Positions 1 to 12,692 of a stretch of 64,000 nucleotides of DNA are shown here, in pieces. The notes under the pieces are model-generated. The model saw nothing but the letters and a program-made list of their open reading frames with translations, was not told where the DNA came from and did not search any database. How positions within the stretch are numbered: position 1 is the first letter of the stretch; each line of letters starts with the position of its first letter. A program made the position numbers and the translations under genes. This stretch comes from Solirubrobacteraceae bacterium (GTDB lineage Bacteria; Actinomycetota; Thermoleophilia; Solirubrobacterales; Solirubrobacteraceae). The DNA lies in contig DASUIH010000049.1 of the NCBI GenBank assembly GCA_036279855.1, forward strand, positions 11,517-75,516, in the 5' to 3' direction.

Positions 1-18
1 GAAATCGGAGGAAGATGG

Positions 19-426
19 ATGGGCTCGGAATTGTTGGGTGAGATTCGCCGCGAAATCGACGCGCGCCTGCTTGAGTTGCGACCGGCGATTGAGGAATACG
101 AGCAACTGCTGCACGCCGCGCAGGCACTTGACGCTGAAGAGGCGCCGCCGACCAGGCGTCGGCGCGCGGCCGTCAAGGTCACTCCATCTCAGGCCGACGC
201 CGCGCCCGCTCCCGCCAAGGCGCCGCGCACGGTTCGTGGCGCTGCGCGCGAAGCGATCTTAGGCGCCCTGGAGCACGGCTCGCACACGGTGGGCGAGCTC
301 GCGGTCGTGACCGCGATGAGCGCCGCCGGCCTGAACGCCAGTCTGCGTAAGCTGGCAGTCGAGGGTGCGATCGCCAAGACGCAGCGGGAAGGGAAGTCGG
401 CCTGGATGCTGGCCGAGCACATTTGA
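19..426 (+). CDS. Hypothetical protein with N-terminal coiled coil and C-terminal winged-HTH-like domain
   Basis: 135-aa ORF with upstream GGAGG; helical N-terminus, Ala/Pro linker, C-terminal AILGAL..HTVGELAVVTAMS..LNASLRKL HTH-like pattern. Confidence 0.6.
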   Translation: MGSELLGEIRREIDARLLELRPAIEEYEQLLHAAQALDAEEAPPTRRRRAAVKVTPSQADAAPAPAKAPRTVRGAAREAILGALEHGSHTVGELAVVTAMSAAGLNASLRKLAVEGAIAKTQREGKSAWMLAEHI

Positions 427-483
427 GCTTGGATTTTTGGGCGTGCCCGTGGCGCTCGTCGGCCGGCGAGTAGCCTGGACGAT

Positions 484-2118
484 GTGAGACCACTGCGCAG
501 GCGCCTTGCGGCTCCTGAGGCCGCTCGGATGCGGCTTGTGCTGCTTGCGTGCATCCTCGGCTCAAGCATCGTGCTGCTCGACAGCACGGTGGTAAACGTT
601 GCGCTCCCACGCATCCAACACGACCTCGGCGGCGGCCTGGCCGGGCAGCAGTGGGTCGTCAACGCTTACCTGCTCACACTTGGATCTCTGATCTTGGTCG
701 GCGGGTCGTTGGCTGACCTGTTCGGAGAGCGGCGCGTGTTCGCAGTCGGGGTCAGCGGCTTCGGGCTGGCTTCGCTGGCGTGCGCCGCGGCTCCGACGAG
801 TGGAGCGCTGATCGCTTGCCGGGCGCTGCAGGGGGTTGCCGGCGCGCTGCTCACGCCAAGCGCGCTGGCAGTCATAGTCGCGACTTTTCCCCGTGAGCGT
901 CGTGGCCCGGCGATCGGGACCTGGACGGCATGGATCGGGGTGGCGATGGTGATCGGCCCGCTGGCCGGAGGAGAGTTGCTCGCGCTCGGCTCGTGGCGGT
1001 TGATCTTCTTGATTAATCTGCCATTGGTTGCCGTCTGCCTGTTGTTGATAAAGCTCTCAATGCCAATCGAGCAGCGTCCGCCAGGGGACTGGCGTGAGAT
1101 TGACTTTGCCGGCGCGGCGCTGTGTGCAGGCGGCCTTGCCGGCCCTGTGTTCGCGTTGATCGAGCAGCCGCGGTTGGGCTGGGGCAGCCCGGCGGTGCTC
1201 GTTCCGCTGCTTGCGGGGGTTGGGTTGATGGTGGCCTTCGTGTGGCGCGAGTCGCGCGTGAGCAGACCGATGCTGCCACTTGAGCTTTTCCGGCGTCGCA
1301 ACTTCTCGGCAGGGAACCTACAGACCCTCAGCATGTACGCGGGGCTTGCCTGCGTGTCGTTCTTCGTAACGTTGTTCCTGCAGCAGGTCGGGGGCTACAC
1401 ACCGCTGCAGAGCGGGTTGGCGACATTGCCGATCACGGTCGTGATGCTGCTGTTTTCGCGTCGTTTTGGAGCGCTTGCCGATCGTTTCGGCCCACGCCTG
1501 TTCATGGGCTGCGGCCCGCTGATTGGCGCCCTCGGACTGTTGTTGTTCCAGCGCGTGGGCGCGCATGTCGACTACGTCGGCGCCGTGTTGCCAGCGCTGC
1601 TTGTGTTCTCGCTCGGCTTGGCGATGACGGTTGCACCGCTGACGGCGGCCGTGCTGGCCGATGTGAGCGAGCGCCAAGCTGGGATCGCCTCAGCCGTTAA
1701 TAACGCGGTTGCTCGCGTCGCGGCCCTGCTTGCAACCGCAGCGGTCGGTGCCGCTGTCGCCGCCTCGTTCGTCTCAAAGCTCGAATCGAACTTGGCCGGT
1801 CGGCCGCTCGGCCCACGCGCGCGCTCGGCTGTGAGCGAAGCCAAGCGCCTGCCGCTGGGCAGGGCAGACGTCAGCGGCTTGCCGCCGGGACAGAAGCACG
1901 CCGTTGCCACGGCCGCCGAACAGGCATCGGTCGACAGCTTCCATCTCGGCCTGGGCATTGCCGCGCTGCTGCTTGCGGTGGGGGGCGTCGTCGGCCTGCT
2001 GGGCATCCGCAACGCTCGACGGCCGGTCCTCGCCGAGGAGTGTGAGGGGGGTGCGCTGGTGGGTGCGGCGCTGGACGCGGCGGGCTGTCATGAGCAGCCG
2101 GCGGGCAGCGTCGGCTAG
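484..2118 (+). CDS. MFS transporter, DHA2 (EmrB/QacA) family
   Basis: LDSTVVNVALPRI, WVVNAYLL, GSLADLFGERRVF motifs; about 14 hydrophobic segments; start could be ATG 529. Confidence 0.92.
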   Translation: MRPLRRRLAAPEAARMRLVLLACILGSSIVLLDSTVVNVALPRIQHDLGGGLAGQQWVVNAYLLTLGSLILVGGSLADLFGERRVFAVGVSGFGLASLACAAAPTSGALIACRALQGVAGALLTPSALAVIVATFPRERRGPAIGTWTAWIGVAMVIGPLAGGELLALGSWRLIFLINLPLVAVCLLLIKLSMPIEQRPPGDWREIDFAGAALCAGGLAGPVFALIEQPRLGWGSPAVLVPLLAGVGLMVAFVWRESRVSRPMLPLELFRRRNFSAGNLQTLSMYAGLACVSFFVTLFLQQVGGYTPLQSGLATLPITVVMLLFSRRFGALADRFGPRLFMGCGPLIGALGLLLFQRVGAHVDYVGAVLPALLVFSLGLAMTVAPLTAAVLADVSERQAGIASAVNNAVARVAALLATAAVGAAVAASFVSKLESNLAGRPLGPRARSAVSEAKRLPLGRADVSGLPPGQKHAVATAAEQASVDSFHLGLGIAALLLAVGGVVGLLGIRNARRPVLAEECEGGALVGAALDAAGCHEQPAGSVG

Positions 2119-2735
2119 CGGGTGGCCTTGACGCCTTGCAGCAGCTCGCCGATGTCGAGCTCGGACAGCTGCTGGAGTGGGGCCGGAACGGGGTCGCCTC
2201 GACGGTAGGAGGTACACGTGCGGTAGCCACCTGGCCCTGGCTGGGTATAGCTTTCAAGCTCTCCGCACGGGAGGTTCAGCAGCCAGTACCTTGGTATTCC
2301 GGCTCGCGCATAAAGCGGGCCCTTACGGTTGCGGTCCTCCGTGTAGGAATGGATGGCGACCTCGACCACCAGCAGCGCTTTACGTGGATGGTGCTTGGTT
2401 GAAGGTGCTTCGTCAAGCAGGGCAAGATCGGGTTCGGGCGCTGAGTTGGGAGGTATCTCAAGCGGAGATTGCACGCGCAGCCAATATCCGCGTGGCGTGC
2501 CCAGGTACCGCGTCAGCCTGTCCACGACCGCCGCGTGTGTCGGGGACGGAGGGCTCACGCTGACCAGATCCCCTTCGAGCAGCTCGACAGAGCTGTCGTC
2601 CAACTCGCCGCGTGCCAGCATCTCGTAGTAGGCGGCGAGATCGATCGGCGAGGCGGTGGAGGGGATGAGCGGCGCGACCGCCATCGGCTCATCGTCCCTC
2701 CCCGGTCGCGGCGACCGTTTGCTGTCGGGGCTCAT
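2115..2735 (-). CDS. Uma2 (DUF820) family PD-(D/E)xK endonuclease-like protein
   Basis: VELLEG..SPPSPTH, PEPDL, LVVEV, YARAGIPRYWLLN motifs; start uncertain. Confidence 0.85.
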   Translation of the reverse strand: MSPDSKRSPRPGRDDEPMAVAPLIPSTASPIDLAAYYEMLARGELDDSSVELLEGDLVSVSPPSPTHAAVVDRLTRYLGTPRGYWLRVQSPLEIPPNSAPEPDLALLDEAPSTKHHPRKALLVVEVAIHSYTEDRNRKGPLYARAGIPRYWLLNLPCGELESYTQPGPGGYRTCTSYRRGDPVPAPLQQLSELDIGELLQGVKATR

Positions 2736-2891
2736 CTACCGGCCGCTCCGCGTATCTGCTCGCTGGGAATCTTGCTGGCATGTCCGCTTAATCCGACCGT
2801 TGGCCGGAACCGGGACACAATCGCGAGAGCTCTTTTGCTCAATGAATACATCTGTACTCAGAATCCTCGCAGAGGCGGATGTCGGAACCTG

Positions 2892-3215
2892 TCAGCCAAC
2901 CCCCTCGGCGTAGGCGCGCATGGCCTCGATCACCGGCGCCAGCCTGCGCCCACGTGCCGTCAACCGGTACTCGACTGTTGGTGGGCTCGTGGGCAGCACG
3001 GTGCGTTCGATCAGGCCGGCGGCGTCCAGGTCACGCAGCCGCTCGGCGAGCATCCGTGGAGAGATGCCGTCGACCGCCTGGGCGAATTCGTTGAAGCGCA
3101 GCGCTCCGGTCAACGCCGCGTAGATAATCGACAGCTGCCAGCGGCGCTCAAGCAGCTCTGCCGCTTGGCGGACCTGCGCCGGCACCGGCTGGCATCTGCG
3201 TGGCTTGGCGGCCAT
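2892..3215 (-). CDS. HxlR-family winged-helix transcriptional regulator
   Basis: LRFNEF..ISPRMLAERLRDL..GLIER..PPTVEYRLT; start moved to ATG 3215 (GGAGAGGGAG upstream), which removes the overlap with lon. Confidence 0.88.
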   Translation of the reverse strand: MAAKPRRCQPVPAQVRQAAELLERRWQLSIIYAALTGALRFNEFAQAVDGISPRMLAERLRDLDAAGLIERTVLPTSPPTVEYRLTARGRRLAPVIEAMRAYAEGVG

Positions 3216-3243
3216 TTCCCGGTCTCCCTCTCCGGCGTCGCGT

Positions 3244-5601
<2,358 letters not shown>

Positions 5602-5647
5602 ATAAGCTTACGAAAGTGTAGTTAGTATAGCTCTCTACCGGAATCCT

Positions 5648-6559
5648 TCAAGGGGCTCCGAACAGCCGCCGCGGCCACAGCCGCCGTGCCCGCACGACAT
5701 TGACCTCGGCCGCGAACAGCAGCACTTGCCCCCCCAGGTACAGCCAGCTCAGCAGCCCCAGCACGATCGCGAAGAAGCCCGAGGTGTCCTTGGCATGACG
5801 AATCACGTGTTCGACATAGAGCCCGCCGACGTGTTGCAACAATTGCCACAGCAGTGCCGCCAGCACGATCCCTGGCAGCAGGTCGCTGGTGGCGATCTGC
5901 TCTGAGGTCATCAAACGAAAGACCGTGAAGAACAGCAGTAGGTTCGCGGCGAGCGCGATCGCGACGCCGACCAGGACCGCCGTCGCGCCGCGCGTCTGGC
6001 CGGTCGCGTAGCCGGCGGCGACTGTCGAGACGATGCTGAGGCTACCCAGGGCCACCAGCATCGCGAGCCCGCGCAGACGCCAGCCAAAGAAGCCGAAGCG
6101 CCTGCGCCTTGGAATCTGCCAGATCTTGTTGAAGGCGTTCTGTGTAGCGCCCGTGACCGCCAGTCCCGCCAGCAGCGATCCAACGATGCCAAGGACAAGT
6201 CCCACCAAGCTGCCTTTGAGCGAGCCGACGTTGCTGCGAATCTGCTCGCCGATCACCGGGATCTGGCTGAGAGTCGAGTGCAGCACGCTTTCCTGCGCTT
6301 TGGCGTCTCCTTGCAGCACGAAGCCAAGCACGGTCACGAACACGAGCAGCAGCGGGAACAGCGAGAAGAAGCCGTAGTAGGCGATCAGCGCGCCGAGCGA
6401 GCCGGCTTCGTCCTCGCCGTAGTGCTTGAGCACCGCCACCAGAAAGCCAAGTCGTGGCGAGCGCTGCTGGCGCTCGTCGAAGGCGCGCGGCAACGCGCGC
6501 ACACGCCGGCCGAACGAGACGCTTTGGGAGGGGGGTGTGTCCGCCACTCGCACCGACAT
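5648..6559 (-). CDS. YihY/virulence factor BrkB family membrane protein
   Basis: AYYGFFSLFPLL motif, multiple TM segments, LSWLYL near C-terminus; start set at ATG 6559. Confidence 0.9.
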   Translation of the reverse strand: MSVRVADTPPSQSVSFGRRVRALPRAFDERQQRSPRLGFLVAVLKHYGEDEAGSLGALIAYYGFFSLFPLLLVFVTVLGFVLQGDAKAQESVLHSTLSQIPVIGEQIRSNVGSLKGSLVGLVLGIVGSLLAGLAVTGATQNAFNKIWQIPRRRRFGFFGWRLRGLAMLVALGSLSIVSTVAAGYATGQTRGATAVLVGVAIALAANLLLFFTVFRLMTSEQIATSDLLPGIVLAALLWQLLQHVGGLYVEHVIRHAKDTSGFFAIVLGLLSWLYLGGQVLLFAAEVNVVRARRLWPRRLFGAP

Positions 6560-6646
6560 GCTCGCGTGTCTACCCGACGCCACAGCGCGCAACCGGCTGG
6601 TCGCACGCTTTTCGGTGCCACCGATCCGCAGGAAGCCGTAGCGCGC

Positions 6647-7243
6647 GTGGCTGCGACTCGACGCCGGCTACTGCTGGCGTCACACAGCCGCGACCTGAGC
6701 TGGGACGAGCTGGAGGACTGCTACAGCCAGGCGACGTTCGAGATGCTGATGCGCGCCAGGTCGCGCGGGCCGTTCCGCAGCGATGAGCACATCGCCCACG
6801 CGCTTGAGCAGCGGCTCTGCTCGCGAATCGACGATCGCCACCGGGCGCGCGGCGGTCGCAGCCCCGGCGCAGCCGCCTTGGCGCACGCGCTGCCACTGGC
6901 GCTGTGCGATCGAAATCGCGCCACTCGCGCCACCGTCGACGAGCGTGCCGACGTCGAGCGAATCGTGCTGCAGCGCGAGGAACTGGGCCGCATCGCCCGC
7001 TACTCGCGCCGGCTCACACAGGACCAACGACTGTTGCTTCACAGCCAGATTGGCGGCGAGCAGACACCTGCCGCGTTTTGCACCGAGCACAACTGGAGCC
7101 TTGAGAAGTACCGCAAGGTAGGTCAGCGCGCCCGCGCGCGGCTGCTCGGGCTGCTTAGCAGCGAATCGGTTGTCCCGGTTGTGCTCGCTCGTCGGATCAG
7201 TGGGCACGGACCCGCTTGTGAAGCCACCTCGCCCACCACATAA
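6647..7243 (+). CDS. Putative ECF-like sigma-70 factor heading the T4SS-like operon
   Basis: C-terminal part of ORF 6278..7243; region-2-like DELEDCYSQATFEML and region-4-like LTQDQRLLL..TPAAFCTEHNWSLEKYRKVGQRARARL; GTG 6647 is an inferred start. Confidence 0.6.
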   Translation: MAATRRRLLLASHSRDLSWDELEDCYSQATFEMLMRARSRGPFRSDEHIAHALEQRLCSRIDDRHRARGGRSPGAAALAHALPLALCDRNRATRATVDERADVERIVLQREELGRIARYSRRLTQDQRLLLHSQIGGEQTPAAFCTEHNWSLEKYRKVGQRARARLLGLLSSESVVPVVLARRISGHGPACEATSPTT

Positions 7244-7252
7244 GCGCGTCCG

Positions 7253-7366
7253 CCGAGACGCCTCAGACCGGCACGGCAAACGGTCATATGGCGTCTCGGG
7301 CACGCGCGCAAGCGACCGGGAGCGGGAACACTCCCCGTCCCGGCTCCCGGTCGCCCGCGCCTCGTG
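7253..7366 (+). repeat. Two tandem inverted repeats (stem-loops) between the sigma-like gene and the transfer operon
   Basis: CCGAGACGCC (7253-7262)/GGCGTCTCGG (7290-7299) perfect 10 bp; GCGACCGGGAGC (7312-7323)/GCTCCCGGTCGC (7343-7354) perfect 12 bp, extendable with bulges to about 7301-7366. Confidence 0.75.
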
Positions 7367-7378
7367 GCGGAGGCGGAG

Positions 7379-7879
7379 ATGACGTTGCTCAAACGTGAGC
7401 CGCGCTCTGTCTACCGGGTCTACGCCGACGATGAGTACCTCGACAGCGAGCAGCCTGAGACCACGGCGGACTCGCAATCGCCGGCACCTGAGTTCGAGCC
7501 AACCAGCAACCCGGCCGCGCAGAAGCGTCAGCGGCCCGCGGTCGCCCTGCTGGTCGGGGCGTTGATCGTGATGGTCATGCTGGCGGCGGTCGCGATCGTC
7601 ATCGACGTGGGTCACGGCACACGCGGCCGCGCGAGGCCAGCCGTAGCGGCCGGCCCGGCTCGGCAGGGGATGTCGAAGCGCCGCCAGCCGCGGCGGTTGC
7701 GTCCGTACCGAAGGCCTGTCCGTGCCAAGCAGCAAAAGCAGCCCAAGCAGGCCGACTTAGATCGCAAGGCAAGGCAACAGCCGGCATCGGCGCCTGTGCC
7801 GGCACCACCCGTCGTTTTTGCCGTTCCCCGGCTGCGGCTTGCGCCGGATGCCCAGGTCGAGTTCGGCTTTGAGCGGTGA
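7379..7879 (+). CDS. Hypothetical single-pass membrane protein, first gene of the transfer operon
   Basis: ATG after GGAGGCGGAG; one hydrophobic segment AVALLVGALIVMVMLAAVAIVI; basic Pro-rich tail. Confidence 0.6.
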   Translation: MTLLKREPRSVYRVYADDEYLDSEQPETTADSQSPAPEFEPTSNPAAQKRQRPAVALLVGALIVMVMLAAVAIVIDVGHGTRGRARPAVAAGPARQGMSKRRQPRRLRPYRRPVRAKQQKQPKQADLDRKARQQPASAPVPAPPVVFAVPRLRLAPDAQVEFGFER

Positions 7880-7885
7880 GCGCCG

Positions 7886-8746
7886 ATGCCCGCCGGCGAG
7901 CGCCCATTGGTAACCGTGACCGCGCGGACGCTTTGGCGTTTGCGCCTGCGCCAGGAAGCGCCGCGGCTGTTGCTGCAAGCGGCTGCTGTCTTTGGGCTGC
8001 TGGCAAGCGCTCGTTACGCGATCGATCCGCCCGTGCCAAGCGTGAGAGTCCCACAGCTCGGACCGGCGACGCAGCCGGATCGCGGTGCCGAAGCCTTCGC
8101 GGCGCTGTTCGCACGCCGTTATCTGAGCTGGGACGCCGAGGAACCGGAAATGCATCGGCGGGAACTTGCTCCTTATGTCGACCAGCAGATGGAAGCCGAA
8201 GCGGGATTCCAACCGCCGCAGGCAGGCTCGCAGCGAGTGCTGTGGACACAGGTGGTTCAGGCGAGCGCCGGCGCCGCCGGCGAGCGCTACACGGTCGCTG
8301 TGCAAACCGATGCGTCGGGCCTGCTGTATCTCGGCATCGGCGTGAGACGTCTTGCCGGAGGAGCGCTCGCGCTGAGCGGATACCCGGCGTTTGTCGGCCC
8401 GCCACCGATCGCCGCGGCAGCGCCGTTGCCGCCATCGAGAGAAGTGCAGGACGGGGCGCTCGTCACGGTGGCCACGCGGGCGCTTCGCAACTATCTCGCG
8501 GGACAGGCCTCCGAGCTCGCCGCCGACTTGGCGCCGGGAGTTCAGGTTTCTCCCCCCTCACCGTCGCTCACGCTGGAATCGCTGTACGCGCTGGAGTGGC
8601 TGCACGCCGGCAGCTCGCTGTACGCGCTCGTGCATGCCAACGACCGCGCAGGCGGCAGCTACGCGCTCGCCTATCGCCTGGGCCTGGCCGATGCCGCCGG
8701 CCGTTGGGAGATCACCGCGATCGAACTGGCCGGCGGGAGTGACTAG
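7886..8746 (+). CDS. Conjugal transfer protein, TcpC/VirB8-like
   Basis: N-terminal TM, then AFAALFARRYLSW followed by two repeated beta-rich NTF2-like halves; position in operon. Confidence 0.72.
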   Translation: MPAGERPLVTVTARTLWRLRLRQEAPRLLLQAAAVFGLLASARYAIDPPVPSVRVPQLGPATQPDRGAEAFAALFARRYLSWDAEEPEMHRRELAPYVDQQMEAEAGFQPPQAGSQRVLWTQVVQASAGAAGERYTVAVQTDASGLLYLGIGVRRLAGGALALSGYPAFVGPPPIAAAAPLPPSREVQDGALVTVATRALRNYLAGQASELAADLAPGVQVSPPSPSLTLESLYALEWLHAGSSLYALVHANDRAGGSYALAYRLGLADAAGRWEITAIELAGGSD

Positions 8747-8836
8747 CCGCGCTTGGCGATGGCTGCGCGGGCCGAGCCGAATTTCGCAAAAACGCACACC
8801 AACCCATCCCAAAAATCAAAAGCAAGGAGATACGAG

Positions 8837-9184
8837 ATGAACAGAAATCGACGGCACGGCCTGCTGGCGCTGACTGCGATTTTGGCACTGAGCGTGCCGG
8901 CATCCCCGTCGGCCTTGGCACAGGCAGCGCCGATCCCGCTTGCGGATACCGCCGGCGCGTCGTCGCTTGAATCGGCTGCGACCAAGGCCGGCGAAACGGG
9001 ACGCAGGGTTGCGATGAGCATGATCGCGCTCGGCTTCGCGATCGCCTCAGTCGTGCTTGCTTTCCGTCGCGACTTCAAGGAGGCAGCGGGCGTGTTCGCG
9101 ATCGGCATTGTCGCAATCCTGCTTGCCACTCCCGCCGGCGTAAACGTTCTGCACGACACCGTCAACACCCTGTTCGGGAGCTGA
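8837..9184 (+). CDS. Pilin-like (VirB2/TcpD-type) membrane protein
   Basis: AAGGAG RBS; signal peptide ending ALAQAA, then two hydrophobic helices separated by RRDFKE. Confidence 0.65.
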   Translation: MNRNRRHGLLALTAILALSVPASPSALAQAAPIPLADTAGASSLESAATKAGETGRRVAMSMIALGFAIASVVLAFRRDFKEAAGVFAIGIVAILLATPAGVNVLHDTVNTLFGS

Positions 9185-9187
9185 GCG

Positions 9188-9706
9188 GTGGTCGAGATTC
9201 GCTCGTTTCGCACCGTCTTTGACCTTGAGCGGCGTATCTATCGGGTCGATCGCCTGCGCCTGAACCCCGCCGGCGTGCCTGTGCGCGGCATCGTCTACTT
9301 CCTGGTGATCGCTGCCTGCTGCGAGCTGGCGGCGCGACTGCCGCTGCTCGGCGCTCTTGCGGCTGCGCCCCCGTGGTATCTGCGCGAGCTGGCGTTGCCT
9401 GGCGCGCTGGCAGCCCTGTTCTGCTTGATCGCGATCGAGGGTCGCCCGTTTCACCTGGCCGCGCTTGCCCTCATACGGTTCGCCTTGGCGCCGCGCGAGC
9501 TCTCGGCATTGCGTGCGCGGCGCGAGCACGACCGCCGTCTGCTGCCGGGCGAGCTGCTGGTGCTGGTGGACGGCTCGGAGTCGCGCCGGCGCCGTCTGCG
9601 CTACACGGGCCCCGGCGCTGTGCGCGTGTACGGTCCTGCGCCGCGCCGCGGCCGTGTGATCGAGTTGGAGCGCGGCGGGCGCTTCGAGGTGGCGGCACGG
9701 CCGTGA
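9188..9706 (+). CDS. TcpE-like (VirB3-type) conjugal transfer membrane protein
   Basis: IRSFRTVFDLERRIYRVD..L..P N-terminal motif, two TM segments, IEGRP; stop overlaps start of the ATPase gene. Confidence 0.7.
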   Translation: MVEIRSFRTVFDLERRIYRVDRLRLNPAGVPVRGIVYFLVIAACCELAARLPLLGALAAAPPWYLRELALPGALAALFCLIAIEGRPFHLAALALIRFALAPRELSALRARREHDRRLLPGELLVLVDGSESRRRRLRYTGPGAVRVYGPAPRRGRVIELERGGRFEVAARP

Positions 9707-11753
9707 CTTTGCCGATCTCCTTCGTCTACGGCAACTTGGTCTTCGCCCGTCGACTCGATGACGTCTGGGCAGCGTTCCGGCTGCCCTGCTCTTCCTATGC
9801 CTGGCTCTCCTCGGAGGCCAAGCGCTCACGCTTCGCTGCCCTGGCAGGCGCGCTGGCGGCGATCGAGTCTGACCTGCAGCTCGTGCGCGTCAGCCAAGCG
9901 TGGGACATAGAGCGCTATCTGCGTGAGGCCGCGGCCGGCCAGGGCAGTCGGTCGGGCGCTCGACATGACTATGTGCAGGCGCACTGCCAGCACCTGCGCG
10001 AGCGCCTACCGCATGAGCCGTCGCTGTACGCGTTCGTCTCGTTGCGTGAGCCCGAGCGCGACATCTCCTCGTATGTCTCGCGTGCCGCCGAGCAGCACCC
10101 GCGCGAGTGGCTGCGCTCGCTCTCACGGGCTTTGCGCGCGCGCGACCGCCGGCTGCTGCCGTCGGCCGAGCTGGAGGCGCTGCGGGTGCGGGCCGATCGC
10201 GTGCACGCGCGCCTGAGCGATTACCTGCCGGCCCGGCCGGCTCGCGGGATCGAGCTGCAGTGGCTGGTGCGCCGCTGTTTCTGCCGCGGTCTCGGCGAGC
10301 CGCCGCTCGACGGCCTGCACGAGCCACGCGCGCTTGCCTTTGAGTGCAACGGCGAAGCGTTGCTGGCGCCATTGGAGGCGGATGTGGTGCGTTGGGCCGA
10401 GAGCCTGGTCGAGCACCGTGGCCGTTTGCTGAGAGTCGAGTCCGAGCTGGGCCGCAGCCACCAGGCATTGCTCGTGCTCGGCGCGTTGCCTGAGCACGCG
10501 AACTTCCCCTCCGAGCGCGTCGAGCTGTTGTTCGCGCCGCTGGAAACGCTCCCATTCCCGGTAGACGCTTCGCTCAACGCTCGTTTCCTGCCCAACGAGC
10601 TGGCTTTGCGCATCGCCCGCCGCAGGGTGCAGGACGCCGACCAGATCCTCCGTGCGGAGTCCGACGGCGACCAGGGCGTCTCGGAGGTCGGCTACGAGCG
10701 CACGCTGCAGGCACGCGACCTGCTGGCCTACCTGCAGTCGGCCTCGCGCCCGCCGCTGCTGCGCGCGACGCTCTCGCTTGCGATCGGTGCAAGCGAGGAG
10801 GACGAGCTGTCCGAGCGGGTCGAGTCGTGCCGGCGCGCCTACGGCGAGATCCGCCTGCACCGTCCGCTGGGCGACCAGTTGGCTTTGTTCTGCCAGCACC
10901 TGCCGGGTCAGCGCACGGCTGTCGCCGGCTACGACGACACGCTCACGAGCGAGCAGGTTGCCGCGATGATGCCGACCGCGGCGCATACGGTTGGCTCAGA
11001 CTCTGGCTTTTACCTCGGCCACACGCTGTCGGGCAGTCGCCGACCGGTGCGCTTCAACCTGCGCGAGGGGTCTGAGCGCGACCGCAACACCGCGATCCTC
11101 TCGGTCGGCGCGCTCGGCTCGGGCAAGACGACGCTCGCGCAGAAGCTCCAGTACGAGGCGTTCCTGCAGGGCGCCCGAGTGGTCGACTGCGATCCCAAGG
11201 GCGACCACGCTTTTCACCTGCTTGAGCAAGTGGCTCCGCACGCGCAGACGATCGCGCTGCGCCCCGACCCGGAGCTGCGCGGCATGCTCGACCCGCTGCA
11301 AGTTGCCCCCGAGCACCTGCGTCAGGAGGCGGCCGTGTCGTTCCTACGCGACCTGCTGCCCGCTCGGGCGGAGGCGGCCTGGGAGACGGCTGTCGTTGGC
11401 GCCGTCGAGGCGGTCCTGTGTCGCGCTCGCGAGCCGACCTGCCTAGAGGTGGTGCGGGCTCTGCGCGAGGCCGACGGAGAGGGTGCTCAGGTCGGTGAGG
11501 CGCTGGCGGTGTACGCGCGCTCGGGCATGACACAGCTGGCTTTTGCCGAGGCCGGCGTCCGCCGCGCCCTCTCTGTCGGCGAGGCGCAGGTCAGCTATAT
11601 CGCGATCCGCGATCTGCCGGCCCCTGAGCCGGGCACGCGGCGCGACGAATACACCCAAGCCGAGCGTGTCGGAGTGCAAATGGTGCGGCTGATCGCGATG
11701 TTCGCGATGCACCTGTTGGCCAGCGAGCGCGAGCGCCTGAAGGTGTTCGTGTT
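9703..11753 (+). pseudogene. VirB4/TcpF-like conjugation ATPase, 5' segment, interrupted in the Walker B motif
   Basis: GTG 9703 overlapping upstream TGA; Walker A GALGSGKTT, CDPKGD; frame reads LKVFV then runs into element sequence (LDSVL*). Confidence 0.9.
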
Positions 11754-11770
11754 GGATAGCGTACTTTAGC
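11735..11770. other. attL junction of the serine-recombinase element (core TT at 11752-11753)
   Basis: virB4 sequence ..AAG GTG TTC GTG TT| switches to non-coding GGATAGCGTACTTTAGC. Confidence 0.8.
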
Positions 11771-11904
11771 GTTCACGCGCGCTTTCACATGCGCTGCCGC
11801 GAATTTTGCGCTTCACGAGAGCCTACTCGCGAGTGCCGACGAAGCCCCTTCCAAGTCTGGTCGTGGACCCCGCGTCTACGCGACTGCTCGCAGCTGGAGC
11901 GAGG

Positions 11905-12261
11905 TCAGCCAGCTGCTACGAGATCGGCGCCTTGCCCGTCTTCGGCAAGGTCGGTGATGTCGTCGGCAAAGCCGACAACGAGGTGCGTCTGCAGGGCGTC
12001 CGCGAGCCTGCGGAGCGTCTGCACGGTCGTGGGATGCTGACCGCTCTCGATGCGAGAGATCGCCGAATGGCTCGTACCCATGCGCTTGGCAAGCTCAGCT
12101 TGGCTTAGGCCAAGCTGGCCTCGTCTACGAATGACGATGCGCGCCAATGCCTCGTATGGAGCTAGCCGTTCGAACTCGGCGCGATAAACGGGGTTGTGCA
12201 TCCGCCTGCGTGTCGCCTCCGTGACGGATTCCCCGACGGGTGAGATGGTTCGTTCCTTCAT
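11905..12261 (-). CDS. XRE-family HTH antitoxin (HigA-like)
   Basis: GLSQAELAKRMGTSHSAISRIESG HTH; directly downstream of a RelE-like toxin. Confidence 0.85.
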   Translation of the reverse strand: MKERTISPVGESVTEATRRRMHNPVYRAEFERLAPYEALARIVIRRRGQLGLSQAELAKRMGTSHSAISRIESGQHPTTVQTLRRLADALQTHLVVGFADDITDLAEDGQGADLVAAG

Positions 12262-12273
12262 CGTGTGCTTACC

Positions 12274-12289
12274 TTACCAAAATCGGTAA
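12274..12289. promoter_or_regulatory. Palindromic operator candidate upstream of the antitoxin
   Basis: TTACC-N6-GGTAA in an AT-rich 35-bp gap; TAAGGT -10-like hexamer on the minus strand 9 nt before ATG. Confidence 0.45.
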
Positions 12290-12296
12290 AGGGAGT

Positions 12297-12692
12297 CTAG
12301 GGGGCATCGCTGCCGGCCGGCCTCGGAGGTACCCGTCGCCTGGCGTCCATCCGTGCCTTGAAGTCGCGCCAGCGGACCTTCGCAAGCTCGATCTCGGCGG
12401 CCGGGACCCGGCCGGTGTTCTTGCGGATCATGTGCAGCAGGACAAAGAGGTTCATCGATCTGCGGTAGAGCACTCGGTAGAGCACCGGCCCGTAGTGACA
12501 ACGTAGCTCGCGCAACTCTCCGTCTATCTGAGAGCTGGCCGGGAAGGGCAGAGGCGGATCGCGCGAGCTAAGGCCGTTCAAACGCCCGATCGCAAGATCG
12601 ATCGCCGCCTGATGCTTGGCAGGTAGGCCGGCGATGAATTCGTCGACGGGCTGCCGGCCACGCGCGTCGCGGTAGTAGACGGCTTGCGTCAT
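12297..12692 (-). CDS. RelE/ParE-superfamily toxin (HigB/Gp49-like)
   Basis: YYRDARGRQPVDEFI..IDGELRELR..YRVLY..FVLLHMIRKNT pattern; toxin-before-antitoxin order. Confidence 0.85.
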   Translation of the reverse strand: MTQAVYYRDARGRQPVDEFIAGLPAKHQAAIDLAIGRLNGLSSRDPPLPFPASSQIDGELRELRCHYGPVLYRVLYRRSMNLFVLLHMIRKNTGRVPAAEIELAKVRWRDFKARMDARRRVPPRPAGSDAP

